From IMG/VR virus record IMGVR_UViG_3300013129_000001, positions 1 through 58,142 of that record: a DNA stretch of 58,142 bases, one strand, 5' to 3'. The stretch is from a virus. Taxonomy: Duplodnaviria > Caudoviricetes. The first letter of the stretch is position 1, and each line of letters begins with the position of its first letter. The notes under the pieces are model-generated. The model was not told where the DNA came from. It did not search any database and saw nothing but the letters and a program-made list of their open reading frames with translations. A program made the translations under genes and the position numbers. This document shows, piece by piece, positions 18,851 through 29,382 of this stretch.

Positions 18851-19294
18851 TTATGCCTTCTCCTTTTCCAAATCGCCTGCTTCAGATTTTTCTCTTTCTT
18901 TCTTCCATGATTCGATTTTGTCAGCTATTCCATAGAGACTGGCCGAAGTATAAGGTTTAAGTCCATGAGGAGTTGGAACGCCCCACGTCTCTCTGGCATA
19001 TTTAGCTGCACCATCCATACTATCAAAATATTTTCCACCCGCTGAATATATCGCAGGCAACTTTCTGACACCGGTAAAAAACTTAGCACGAGGCTTATGT
19101 ACTTTTGCCGGACCTATAATACAATAGTAGCTATCGCCGCTTCCGGTATCATAGCCCTCGAATCTAAAGTAACTACCCGCACCAACAACAGACTCAAATT
19201 GTTCTTTGAGAAAAAGAGTCTTATCCGTATAAGACTCTTTCCATTCAATATCCTTTTCTACAAGTTTTTCTCTGGCAACAACCTGTTTCATCAT
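18851..19294 (-). CDS. Hypothetical protein
   Basis: 147-aa ORF, the first gene downstream of an AGG-N19-GAA motif. Confidence 0.75.
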   Translation of the reverse strand: MMKQVVAREKLVEKDIEWKESYTDKTLFLKEQFESVVGAGSYFRFEGYDTGSGDSYYCIIGPAKVHKPRAKFFTGVRKLPAIYSAGGKYFDSMDGAAKYARETWGVPTPHGLKPYTSASLYGIADKIESWKKEREKSEAGDLEKEKA

Positions 19295-19337
19295 GCCCCT
19301 AAATTAAATATATGAATGCAACTTCTTTCACTAATTT

Positions 19338-19362
19338 TTCAAGAAAAGCAGTTTCAAATCCT
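19338..19362 (-). promoter_or_regulatory. AGG-N19-GAA promoter
   Basis: Minus strand AGGATTT...GAAAAAT. Confidence 0.65.
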
Positions 19363-19366
19363 CTAT

Positions 19367-22300
19367 TTATTTTACCAGTGTCTTCTGCTTTTCTAGGGAT
19401 GCTTCTTTTTGCATGATGGTCTTAAGGATAGTACTCATGACACGTTCGGATTGATCTTCTATTTCTGAATCAGTGAATCGTAAGACCGTCCATCCAACCT
19501 GTGCCAGCTTTATATCTCTTTCTTTGTCATGAGCCAATTGTTTTGGTGATGAATGGAAGGTCTCTCCGTCCGCTTCAATGGCTATCTTAAGGTGTGGGAA
19601 TGCAAAGTCTATTGGATATTCAATTGAACCGAATTTTACGGGAAATTGAGGAGTCATTGGGTAACGAATAAGTCCGTTCTGAGAATACTCAGATATACGA
19701 TCCATTAATTGTCTTTCGCACTTTGTAAATACTATTCTACCCTTGGCGTCTCTAGCTCCCATCATTCCCGGAGCCTCTGGAACATCGGGTCTAGATTGTA
19801 CCTGCTTATAAGTTTTCTGCTTCTCTGCATCCATTCTTTCTCTGGTTTTCTTTTTCAAAATTCTACCACCATAGTTAGACGGATCGGCCATATTGTTTTC
19901 GGATGTTATGGTATTTTTGGTCGTCGCCATTGGAGGGGCTCCGGGTGCTGCTCCTGCCCCCACATCTCCCCCGGGCGCAGAAATAGGAGCTTCTCCCATA
20001 CCTCCTCCCGGTGGACCGCCAAGACCGCCAGCTTCTCCTCCGGGCATAGGAGGCATACCGCCACCAAACCCACCGCCCATGGCTCCTCCCGGCATTCCTC
20101 CGGCTCCACCAGCTGCGCCCATACCTTGACCCAAAGCCGCCATTTGAATGGCATCATATCTCTTTCTTTCAATTTCTTGGTCGGGGTCAAAATCAAAAGC
20201 TTCTAGAACCGTTTGAGCACTAAGAAGACCCTTCTCGTAAAGTTGCAATACAAATGTTCTAAATTGCTGTTGATCCCTAAGATGCATTGAGTTCCATTTG
20301 ATCTTGGGATAAATATATTCTTCTTCTTCTGACTCTGCATTTTCATCAATAAATCCCTGTCTCTGGGCTTCTGGCAAATAGATTTTTTGCTCGACCCAGT
20401 TAGCAACTTCTCTTCTGAAGGTCTGCAACCTTTCAATCATGGCTTCAATACCAACTGCGGCGTTAGAATTACCATGAATACCAAATAAACCACTTCTTTC
20501 GGTTATTATGAAATGATTGGGCACTTCAACGCACCATACTTTTCCAATATAGTCCTCGTCAGTAATAACTTCATTTTGTGATTGAGGCTTATTATAGCCA
20601 TTCCATTTTCTTGAGTCTAAAACTGGAAACTTGCCATTCTCCGTATCTGTCCAACTTATAGTATATTGAGTTTGCAAATTAGGACTATCAAATTTTATAG
20701 TTGCAAATCTGGGACTGTATCCAATCTTAAACAATATTTCTATAACATCGTCTCTTAATTGGGTTGAAACCGTTGTATAGCTATAATATTTTTTATCAGT
20801 TGCCTTCTTTTTGGTTGCAGGTCTTTCGCTTCCGTCGCATTCTACCAAAGCTCCCAAAAGAATCTTAAGTGCATCAACAGACATATTCTTAATATCTTTT
20901 GGGATATGTTTCTCGTTTGAAAGTTGACCACAGTTATTAACCAAATAAGAAACCAAATCTCTATTATCGCTATTTGAAATTGCGAAACTATTTTTGACTG
21001 ATGGATATATTTTACAAACATTATTGGCACTAAGAACTTTTTTCATTTTTTCATATACGTCTGGGTTTGCGGTTGGACTTTGGGAAATGTCAACACTATA
21101 TATCTTATTATTTCTTTGAGAATCCTTATGTCTTGACCCTTCGCTTATATACCACCCAATAATCTGAAGGAAGTCTTCTGTCTTTATTCCAAAATATTCT
21201 ACCTTATCATCCGTCTTACTTTCCCACTTATCCACACATGCTCTAAACTTTCCTCTTAATTTAACATCAGAAGCCTCAATAACTGACCATTTACCAAATC
21301 CTTCTTTTCTATTATGTATCTCTCTGGGGGCATATAACATCCTATGATTATCTGTTACAAGCATATCAATTCTATTAGTCTTAAAATGCTTAAGTGGTTT
21401 ACTATCGCCATTTATAGAATCATGGTCATATTCATACCTCTTTGTGGCTTTCTGATACTCAAGTGCTCCGGTATCTTTATTAAATGTGGCTATTAAATCT
21501 TTTTCAATATCTAATTCTTTTCTATATTTAAGTCCATTATCAGTAAGTATTCTGGTATCATCGCTCAGGCAAAAATTCGGTCCTTCGCCATTTAACAAAG
21601 CATTATTGATCATCATGCCGTCAAGTATTTCCTGATTGATCAACTCAAATTCATTAGATAGAGTAAGAACTTTACCAGCAGCGCCATACCAATCTAATTC
21701 AAATGCATGATGGGTAACAATAGTGAGATTTGGATCATTAGCGGTTTGTGCTAGTTGCTCTTGGACAGCAGCTATATCGGCAGGTCCGGCGGGACGCTCA
21801 TCGCTACCAACCTTAACGATTTTGATAGGAACAATAAGTCTTTCGGCCACTATCCATTGAGCAACCATTAACTTGGTCTTATAAGATAGGATGGGGAAAA
21901 GACGACGAACCATACCAACGCCATAACGAGTATATCCACCTTCGCCATATTTCAAGTGATATACATTGCGGTTATCCAAACGAATGGGTTTACCGGCCGC
22001 TACAAGAGTTCTAACTTCTGGCGTAAGTCTTTCATATCCCGGAGTTCTTCGCTGAACCATATTTACAAGCTCTTCGTCTGGCTTGAGTGCAATAACGGGC
22101 TCGGGGTTCATGGGAGACGTATAAACTTCAACATAGTCCGGATTAAGAATTACAATACGACGAACAGTGCCTCCCAAGTGCTCGCATAGCTCATCTCCGG
22201 TTCTACCAGATCCACCACAGTGTTCGCACGATATTTCGATGAAGGGGAAACAATCGCCCAAAAGATGAACCTCATGGCTAACCAGTCTCAACCACTTTGA

Positions 22301-22753
22301 CAATTCTATTCTCTTCTTCATCTTGTCAAAGTATTTTTTTACCTCTCTGTCCTTGCATTCGTTTTCAAAATCATTCATCGAGAAATAGCTATAAAAATCA
22401 ATAGAGGCAGCAACCTTGGGTTCATTCTCATAGAAGAATCTAGCCCACTGATATTGCTCTAACCTCTTGGACGGAATTTGCCAATTGATCGGAGTATGAA
22501 CCGGAGAGAAAAACTGAGGCTGACCGTAAACGATGCCAGAATTAGCACCGGCAAAACGATTAAAACCAGAGCCAAAAGCCCCGTGAACAGAGGTTGTAGG
22601 AGCATAATTCTGGTTAGGAATAGACTTATAATCGGGGGTATACGGAACACCATTCTCCCTCATTTTAGAGGGATCTTGATTCCTTATGGCTCGGAATGTA
22701 GAATCCAAATCATTAGTTTGGATGACTGGACCATTACTACCGCTGTCTGCCAT
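19367..22753 (-). CDS. Portal protein with intein and C-terminal DUF559/Vsr-like nuclease domain
   Basis: Portal-like segments FYENEPKVAASIDFY, HLLGDCF, IVILNPDYVEV, VYHLK..YG.G and IVPIKIVKVG, upstream of the protease and capsid genes. The C-terminus reads IDFAFPHLKIAIEADG..FH..DKERD..L...GWTVLRF. Confidence 0.85.
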   Translation of the reverse strand: MADSGSNGPVIQTNDLDSTFRAIRNQDPSKMRENGVPYTPDYKSIPNQNYAPTTSVHGAFGSGFNRFAGANSGIVYGQPQFFSPVHTPINWQIPSKRLEQYQWARFFYENEPKVAASIDFYSYFSMNDFENECKDREVKKYFDKMKKRIELSKWLRLVSHEVHLLGDCFPFIEISCEHCGGSGRTGDELCEHLGGTVRRIVILNPDYVEVYTSPMNPEPVIALKPDEELVNMVQRRTPGYERLTPEVRTLVAAGKPIRLDNRNVYHLKYGEGGYTRYGVGMVRRLFPILSYKTKLMVAQWIVAERLIVPIKIVKVGSDERPAGPADIAAVQEQLAQTANDPNLTIVTHHAFELDWYGAAGKVLTLSNEFELINQEILDGMMINNALLNGEGPNFCLSDDTRILTDNGLKYRKELDIEKDLIATFNKDTGALEYQKATKRYEYDHDSINGDSKPLKHFKTNRIDMLVTDNHRMLYAPREIHNRKEGFGKWSVIEASDVKLRGKFRACVDKWESKTDDKVEYFGIKTEDFLQIIGWYISEGSRHKDSQRNNKIYSVDISQSPTANPDVYEKMKKVLSANNVCKIYPSVKNSFAISNSDNRDLVSYLVNNCGQLSNEKHIPKDIKNMSVDALKILLGALVECDGSERPATKKKATDKKYYSYTTVSTQLRDDVIEILFKIGYSPRFATIKFDSPNLQTQYTISWTDTENGKFPVLDSRKWNGYNKPQSQNEVITDEDYIGKVWCVEVPNHFIITERSGLFGIHGNSNAAVGIEAMIERLQTFRREVANWVEQKIYLPEAQRQGFIDENAESEEEEYIYPKIKWNSMHLRDQQQFRTFVLQLYEKGLLSAQTVLEAFDFDPDQEIERKRYDAIQMAALGQGMGAAGGAGGMPGGAMGGGFGGGMPPMPGGEAGGLGGPPGGGMGEAPISAPGGDVGAGAAPGAPPMATTKNTITSENNMADPSNYGGRILKKKTRERMDAEKQKTYKQVQSRPDVPEAPGMMGARDAKGRIVFTKCERQLMDRISEYSQNGLIRYPMTPQFPVKFGSIEYPIDFAFPHLKIAIEADGETFHSSPKQLAHDKERDIKLAQVGWTVLRFTDSEIEDQSERVMSTILKTIMQKEASLEKQKTLVK
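20468..21571 (-). mobile_element. 368-aa intein with LAGLIDADG homing endonuclease, inside the portal gene
   Basis: N-junction GPNF|CLSDDTRILT, block B VTDNHRM, endonuclease motifs IIGWYISEG and LGALVECDG, C-junction VWCVEVPNH..GIHGN|S. Confidence 0.9.
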
Positions 22754-22826
22754 GCTACTCTCCCATACGGCAATTCTATTTCTGCCATAGCTATTATACA
22801 GAACTGTGGCAAAAATATGTGATTAA

Positions 22827-24083
22827 TTATGCTTCAACCACTGGAAACTCATCGGTCTCGGCAGCAGACGGGCTAGAATCATTAAGTCCAAGTTCTTCGG
22901 CAGCATCTTGTATTTTGTCATCACCCTCGTCCTCTATCCCAAAACCATCAACTGCATCATTGGCATTTTTCAGGGTGAAATTGACGCCCGCTGCCGGGCC
23001 TCCTGTTACATGGAATACAGGATTTTCACCATTACTAACGATAACTACGGGAGTTTCCATTTTCAAAATACTCTCTTGACCATTATCAACAATCTTTATC
23101 TGCATGTCTTTCTTGGTAACAAGAGTTGATTTTTCCGGAAGACTAACTTGTGCTGTCTTCACTATTTTTGAATCTGTTTTTGATGCCTCTACAACATCGT
23201 GGGCATAAACAATCCCGTTATATCTTTCCATCATAGCAGATGCAGCCTTATGAATGCAGGCAACCCTAGGTATATCAACATTATAATGCTCAGCAACCTT
23301 GGATATAATATCCTCTTCGTTAAGTCCAGATTGCTTCATTTCAATAATATCATCAAACATCTGATAATTATCATCTTTTTCCTTGGGAGTATCAATAGAT
23401 GCCAACTTAACAAAGGAAACCTTAGAGGAAGCCGTCAAATCGCTTGTCTCTTCGCCCCTGCCTTCTGACAATCTTCTTTCAATGGAGTACTGATGGGGTC
23501 TTGGCTTTCGAGTCCTTTCGCCATGAGCTAATTCCATTTGATTCCCACCGTCATCGGTGAATACTTGGAATCTTTGGTTGATATAACCACCAACCCATTT
23601 CCCATTTTTATCCTTGAACTCTCTAGAAAACTTATCCATGATATGTCTGCGCCACATAGCTTCATGACAATATACCCTACTAGGATCATCGTCAAAAACA
23701 ATACCATCAAGGCAATAGTGACGACAGTTATACGTGCTAATTAATCCATGTCCGGCAGACTGCTTCGGCAGCTTGGGGCAAATCCTCATGTCCATATTGC
23801 TATATAGGGCATCTTGCCTCATAACCGCTTGGGCTTCCCTAATGATTTTTTCTTTCATTTTACCCTCTCTTATTTGCGTTATATTATGCTTGGATAAAAC
23901 CCCAAACAAAACTTCTGCCGCATTACCTGAATTTTCTTTCGTGAATATAGCCCGGCATGTGTCAACTATATCCTTTTCTTCATTTTTACCAGCAACCTCA
24001 ATGAGACTCATAGAAGCTTCTTCGGCTGATTTCTGAGCCCTAACCCAATTCTTCAAATCATCTGGACTGGTAAAAAATTGCAT
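22827..24083 (-). CDS. Hypothetical head-region protein with a Cys/His cluster
   Basis: Likely start is ATG 24083 (MQFF). Contains CPK..CRHYC..CHE and internal VKLAS and VKTAQ motifs. Confidence 0.75.
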   Translation of the reverse strand: MQFFTSPDDLKNWVRAQKSAEEASMSLIEVAGKNEEKDIVDTCRAIFTKENSGNAAEVLFGVLSKHNITQIREGKMKEKIIREAQAVMRQDALYSNMDMRICPKLPKQSAGHGLISTYNCRHYCLDGIVFDDDPSRVYCHEAMWRRHIMDKFSREFKDKNGKWVGGYINQRFQVFTDDGGNQMELAHGERTRKPRPHQYSIERRLSEGRGEETSDLTASSKVSFVKLASIDTPKEKDDNYQMFDDIIEMKQSGLNEEDIISKVAEHYNVDIPRVACIHKAASAMMERYNGIVYAHDVVEASKTDSKIVKTAQVSLPEKSTLVTKKDMQIKIVDNGQESILKMETPVVIVSNGENPVFHVTGGPAAGVNFTLKNANDAVDGFGIEDEGDDKIQDAAEELGLNDSSPSAAETDEFPVVEA

Positions 24084-24084
24084 A

Positions 24085-24291
24085 TTACTCTTTTCTCTCA
24101 AACCCACTTGGTGACGGCCTATCCTTATATTTCAAATGAGGTCTTATATCCTCTAACTTTTTGATAACCTTTTTAATGGCCGTTTTTGTCTTTCCTATAT
24201 TATTCCTATCTAAATGCTCTAAAGCCTCTTTTAGGCCATCGTATGCCTTTTCCATGTCATCGGCTAGGGTGGCTATACGATAGATCTTCAT
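24085..24291 (-). CDS. Small MKIYRIA-leader helical protein
   Basis: 68-aa ORF whose start overlaps the upstream stop (TAATG). Confidence 0.7.
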   Translation of the reverse strand: MKIYRIATLADDMEKAYDGLKEALEHLDRNNIGKTKTAIKKVIKKLEDIRPHLKYKDRPSPSGFERKE

Positions 24292-25271
24292 TAATCGATC
24301 TGTCCCAAATGCTTTTTGAGTTCCTCGCCAAAATCTTCAGAAATTCCCATAGTTGGATTCTTATGAAGAACGAATTCAAATCTTCCCTTTTCCTTGCCGC
24401 GAATTTTTTCTTTTCGATCCTCATTAGCCTGTTTGATTTGTTCCCCAACAGTCTTATCGGGAACATTACCGAAATCAAAAACTTCTCCCTTGATTCCGGG
24501 CTGGGCATTCATGGATTCTGTCGGGAATACTTTACGGCCGGGAAGGATTTCTTTACCTTCCATAGCAGCTATCTTTTCCTTTTGCCACTCCTCATGCCTT
24601 GTCTTTTTTGAAGCTTCTTTTTCGGCATTTTCTCTCTTTAGTCTCGATCCAGTATCTTCTACTGTGCTTTCGGCTAATTTTTCAATAGCTAAAGGATCTG
24701 AAATACTATTCTGTCCTCTGGCAACCTTAAATTCGGAATTAGCAAAATAATCTTCTCCTCCGCGAATGGGTACGATTCCGCTCATGGTCGGCTTCTCTGC
24801 CAACCTAGAGGCATCCTTACCCTCTGCCTTCCACTTAGTCTTTTCATGACTGACGGCTATCTTTTCGTCAATCTTAAAAGCATCAACAACTAGTTTTGGG
24901 GCTTCGGCTTCAACGGTCGATGCAGTCTTAATCATACCCGAAGAAGATGCTTCAACGACCAAATCAGATGGATTAATAGACTTGAATTTAGACATATCCA
25001 TTCCACATACTATTGCATACTCTTTGAGTTCCGATTTTACAGAATTAGACCACTTTGAACTATAATGGTATGGCTTCTTACTGACAGCACAGGATTCAAT
25101 TCTGTCTTTTTCTACAACCATATCGTCGTCAGAAATATCACACGACAATGAGGCAAGTCGCTTAATCTCCTCTGTACTTACGGTTTCTTTATCAATGTAC
25201 TGAGACGCCTGTTTGTTCCGAAAAATCCACTCCGGAGCCATCTTCTCTTCTGCCATTCTACTTATTTTCAT
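24291..25271 (-). CDS. Hypothetical protein
   Basis: 326-aa ORF with an AAGGA RBS; begins MKISRMA. Confidence 0.75.
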   Translation of the reverse strand: MKISRMAEEKMAPEWIFRNKQASQYIDKETVSTEEIKRLASLSCDISDDDMVVEKDRIESCAVSKKPYHYSSKWSNSVKSELKEYAIVCGMDMSKFKSINPSDLVVEASSSGMIKTASTVEAEAPKLVVDAFKIDEKIAVSHEKTKWKAEGKDASRLAEKPTMSGIVPIRGGEDYFANSEFKVARGQNSISDPLAIEKLAESTVEDTGSRLKRENAEKEASKKTRHEEWQKEKIAAMEGKEILPGRKVFPTESMNAQPGIKGEVFDFGNVPDKTVGEQIKQANEDRKEKIRGKEKGRFEFVLHKNPTMGISEDFGEELKKHLGQID

Positions 25272-25313
25272 GTTGTATCCTTTTTTATTATGACCTATTA
25301 CAAAACTAAAACA

Positions 25314-28300
25314 CTACTTTGGTATAATCATTGTAAAGCCCCAATGATATGTGCAAATTCCGTTTTCATCAACGGGGGCACCCGGCCACGGAGCATCTGG
25401 CTGTTTAACATTAGTCTTGGCGAGATTCTTTGCCTCAACCTTTTTGTCTGCCTCAACAGAAAGATCAAACTCTCCCTTTTCATTAATAAAGCCATTCTTC
25501 TTCAGGTAATTGTAGAAATAATCAGTGGATGACTGAATAGTTTCTTCCTTTTGCTTTTCTTTCATCATTGATCCCGGAGACGGAACCTTCTTCTGCTTCT
25601 CTTTGCCCTTTTCCTCTGGCGATGGAGTAGCTTTGGCAGGCTCTGGTGTATCGGGAAGATCTAATTCATCTGCTTCCTCTCCCTCCGGAATCAGTGGTTT
25701 TACATCAAATCCACTTTCACTGAGATCTTTCATTTCCTGAGCCGGTGTCTTGCCTCCCTTAGGAACCCAAACTGTCTTCATCCTGCCGGTGGCAGGATCC
25801 TTTTGCTGAACATACTCTCCCTCTTCGTCTTCTTCCTTTTTCTCTCCCTCAGGAGATTCGCCCCGAGCCATTTTTTCAAACTCATCGGGCAATGTTAAAA
25901 TGGTTTTTTCGTCTTTGGTAAACGGGTTAACATATGTCTTTGGCACCAGCTGCCCACCCTTGTCAAAAAACTCCTTAAGTTTTTCATTTACTTGGGTAGA
26001 CCTTCTTGTGGACATTTGCAAAAACCCTCTGTTGATATTATTGCATCCACCAGCGGTAGTGTGAACATATTCAGCAGCCTCAATAAAATTTTCGGTTGTT
26101 GCCGGAGCTCCACTTACTGTTTTTTGTAACCCCTCTCCAATGTTCTCAACACTTAGTCTCCAAGACGCATCTTGCTGCCACATTTCAATCATCATTTGTT
26201 TCAGGGTTCGGAAGTCAACAGCTCTTTCTTCGTCATCGGATCGTGCAGCAAATATTTCGGACACCTTATCCCAATCAATTCCGGGATAAACCTTGCCGTC
26301 CTTAGACTTACCACCGAAAAGAATTAACTCCGTCGTTCTCCATCCGTCCATAACACCTTCCGGAGTATCATCAGTAATAGTAGCTGGATCTATTTCGCCA
26401 ATATCGGTGTCTGACACAAACCAAGGATGATAAGGATCCTTTCTTTTTTCAACATAGTAATTGTTCAAGAAAAACTTCTTATAATCTTTGGGCTTATTCG
26501 GCAACTTAACCTCTTGAACCTCTGCTCTTGAAACCAATGCGTTGTTGATATTCTCTAGTGCATTAGTGGTCATAACAAAATAGACATTATTCTGTTTAAA
26601 TGCCTTTTCGTTTTCAGTGTTGTCGAAAAACTTAAGAAGTTCAGCAATAATATGCTGAGTGGTTTCATGAGCTTTCTCGCCGCTTCCGGGACCAGAATTT
26701 GATACTACCTGCTTATCTATTTCGTCAAAAAGGAATATAAGATCTCTGGATGATCGCATCGTAGAAAACAATTTTCTTGCGTTAGCTTCTGTTTCTCCCA
26801 ACCACATACTCTTCTGATTTCCCATATCAACGGCCTTAATCTTAAGACCCAATAAGTTCGCCAACGCCTCAGGCCAAACAGATTTACCAGTTCCGGGACG
26901 ACCCCAAAGAATATAAAAATGAGGAAATTGATGAGCAGACAATGATTCCAATTGCAATCTCAAATTCTTGTTATAATTGGACAATGCCTGTTTCCTCTTC
27001 TGCTTTTCCTGTACTTGGGGAGTGGCTAATCTCTTTGGATCGTTCTGAGGTAGTTTCTTTTGGATATTCAATTGGTAGTCGATTTGTGCCATTTCTTCTT
27101 CATTGGCCGCAATCTGGTCAGTCAGTTTTTTGACCTTAACTCCCATGGCACCAATTTGAGGAACTCTTGTACCCCATGGACTGTCTTCACCAGTTCGATA
27201 TGAATAGTTTTCAAATAATACATTGGGCTTAACGTCCGTCAAACCAAGAGAACCAGTTCCGTGTATCTCATTAACCGTTGTTTCGAGATTATCCTTAACA
27301 ATAGCCTCGTCAAAAGAGAATTCGGGATCAATGAGATCGTCATCATATTTTAGTCCGGCCTTCAGGGACTCTCTAGTAACAGCAATAGCATCTTTTACAC
27401 TCAGTCCCTGAATGCTATTAATCATGCTTCTCATCAATTTTTCAGATATTGTTCCAAGCGATGAAGACATGGCTTCTGTTTTTTCATTGACCATCTTTTC
27501 TTCTTGATCTCTCTCCATTTTCCACTTAACTTCTTCGCTGGGATTCTCTTTTAGTTTTTGAGAGTAATCATCACTAATTTCCTTATATAGACGCCTCTTA
27601 TACTTCAGCTGTGCCTCTTTGCCATATTTTCTAAGAATATATTTTAAAATGATTCTAGCTTCGGGATCGGTAACAGCACTAACGCCCATATCTATCGGAG
27701 TAGAGTTAGAGGGCAAGTCGTCAATTGGATCTGACGAAATAACAACTACGGTTCTATTGCCCCTTTCGGTTCTGGCCTGACTATCATCTCTCAATAACCC
27801 AGAATCATTTTTACCAACGGCGGTCGATAACAATCCTCTGGTAGCATTGTCAGATAGCGTTGTTTTCTTACTGCTTGGATCTTTAACGCAGAGAGCAGAC
27901 TGGTCAAAGTCATCCAATATAAGAACCTTATTTTGTGATACCACTCCCTCTTTGATTGTATTGTGTAACTGAACAAATCTCCCCTTGATGGTCGTTATTA
28001 TGTTGTTGTAGACCTTCAATCTCTCTTCTTGAACGGGATGATCTGGACTACCCAAATACTCAACAAACTCGTCCCTAACATCAGACAAAGATTGTTTAGA
28101 AGGATTCCAGTTAATCAATTTGGTTCTAAGGGTTTGAACAGCCGTAAGCACTGCCTCTATATGTTTGGAAGCACTGCTTCCAACACCCTTGGGTCCTGCG
28201 AGAACTTTCTTGTACAAATCTTCGCCCGACTTAAGAACATCAGCCTGAGGATTAAAACTGAGAAAACCATCGTTATCTCTGGCAGACACATTGAGAACCC

Positions 28301-29210
28301 TATCTGTCGTAATATATTCACCAATATTGGTATCAAGAGCTATCCTTGCTTTTCTGGCTTGATCCATTTCAAATTCTCTTTGCCTCTTTTTGTCGTTGAT
28401 TTGTTCTTTAGTAACCCTTATCTGATCTTTCTTTTTGGCTTCCGAAAGATTGGCGTCTTCATTTATTTCCTTAATACGCTGAACAAGAGTTCTAATTTCC
28501 TGATTAACATTATTGATGTGAACAGTATGTTGATCTTTAATTCTCTGTAGTCCGGCCTCATATCGGGCAACATTTAGTCCAAGAGGAGAACGCTCTGGAG
28601 GGGTTGGGACAAAACCCTCTGGAGGATGCACTTCGTTTTGTAACTCTTTTGCATATTCTCCCGGCTTACCTATAAGTTGTGAAACTCTCGTATGTTCTGC
28701 ATCCTTATTATTGGGGTCATGATACTTATATATCGATCTGAGCCATTCTCGTGTAATCTTGGTTCTACTGCCATTAAGTAATTCATCCAGTCTAATGCGG
28801 GAAGGCTGAACGTGTTGAGCAACACCCGGAATCGGAACCCTAGTAAAATATTCTGACGGCACAAAATAATAGTCGCTATGCTCTTCGGATCGGAAAAGAT
28901 CGTTACTCTTAGCAGGAAAGGCCTTCAATAGCAATAGCTCTATCAAGGGGTGATATCCATTCCGATAAATCAAATTAACCATTCCGATGGATCCCTTTAG
29001 TTTCGAAATGATAGATTGGTAATTGGGGAGCTTTAACAACTCATTCATCATGGGAAGTTGTTCTAGCGGGTCTTGTTCTTCGGAAGCAGAAGGATCGTTG
29101 AAATCAATGAAATTTCCAAGGACAGCCGTTTTCTTTATCTTCTGATCTTTAGGTTGTGATAGAGACTGGAAAAACTTATCCAAGCTGGCATTTAAGTTAT
29201 GGCACTTCAT
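25314..29210 (-). CDS. Large AAA+ ATPase (Ycf46-like architecture)
   Basis: Walker A GRPGTGKS, SMWLGETE, Walker B FLFDEID and sensor MTTN. Also a degenerate upstream AAA (VLILDDFD), coiled-coil inserts and an acidic tail. Confidence 0.8.
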   Translation of the reverse strand: MKCHNLNASLDKFFQSLSQPKDQKIKKTAVLGNFIDFNDPSASEEQDPLEQLPMMNELLKLPNYQSIISKLKGSIGMVNLIYRNGYHPLIELLLLKAFPAKSNDLFRSEEHSDYYFVPSEYFTRVPIPGVAQHVQPSRIRLDELLNGSRTKITREWLRSIYKYHDPNNKDAEHTRVSQLIGKPGEYAKELQNEVHPPEGFVPTPPERSPLGLNVARYEAGLQRIKDQHTVHINNVNQEIRTLVQRIKEINEDANLSEAKKKDQIRVTKEQINDKKRQREFEMDQARKARIALDTNIGEYITTDRVLNVSARDNDGFLSFNPQADVLKSGEDLYKKVLAGPKGVGSSASKHIEAVLTAVQTLRTKLINWNPSKQSLSDVRDEFVEYLGSPDHPVQEERLKVYNNIITTIKGRFVQLHNTIKEGVVSQNKVLILDDFDQSALCVKDPSSKKTTLSDNATRGLLSTAVGKNDSGLLRDDSQARTERGNRTVVVISSDPIDDLPSNSTPIDMGVSAVTDPEARIILKYILRKYGKEAQLKYKRRLYKEISDDYSQKLKENPSEEVKWKMERDQEEKMVNEKTEAMSSSLGTISEKLMRSMINSIQGLSVKDAIAVTRESLKAGLKYDDDLIDPEFSFDEAIVKDNLETTVNEIHGTGSLGLTDVKPNVLFENYSYRTGEDSPWGTRVPQIGAMGVKVKKLTDQIAANEEEMAQIDYQLNIQKKLPQNDPKRLATPQVQEKQKRKQALSNYNKNLRLQLESLSAHQFPHFYILWGRPGTGKSVWPEALANLLGLKIKAVDMGNQKSMWLGETEANARKLFSTMRSSRDLIFLFDEIDKQVVSNSGPGSGEKAHETTQHIIAELLKFFDNTENEKAFKQNNVYFVMTTNALENINNALVSRAEVQEVKLPNKPKDYKKFFLNNYYVEKRKDPYHPWFVSDTDIGEIDPATITDDTPEGVMDGWRTTELILFGGKSKDGKVYPGIDWDKVSEIFAARSDDEERAVDFRTLKQMMIEMWQQDASWRLSVENIGEGLQKTVSGAPATTENFIEAAEYVHTTAGGCNNINRGFLQMSTRRSTQVNEKLKEFFDKGGQLVPKTYVNPFTKDEKTILTLPDEFEKMARGESPEGEKKEEDEEGEYVQQKDPATGRMKTVWVPKGGKTPAQEMKDLSESGFDVKPLIPEGEEADELDLPDTPEPAKATPSPEEKGKEKQKKVPSPGSMMKEKQKEETIQSSTDYFYNYLKKNGFINEKGEFDLSVEADKKVEAKNLAKTNVKQPDAPWPGAPVDENGICTYHWGFTMIIPK

Positions 29211-29241
29211 ATTAATCTCCGATACATGTTTAGTCTATTTT

Positions 29242-29312
29242 TTCTCCAAATAGAGTCGAAAATCCTCTAACTACAGATACAGATTATTTCCTTATGATTG
29301 GGTCTAAAACCT
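29242..29312 (-). promoter_or_regulatory. Tandem AGG-N19-GAA promoters (29242-29266 and 29288-29312)
   Basis: AGGATTT...GAAAAA and AGGTTTT...GAAATA, both with GAA at position 23. Confidence 0.65.
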
Positions 29313-29382
29313 CTATATACTTTGACAAAAGTATTATACAGTTTTAGTGGAAATAATGAACAGACATTTCGGAAGAAGAGCG

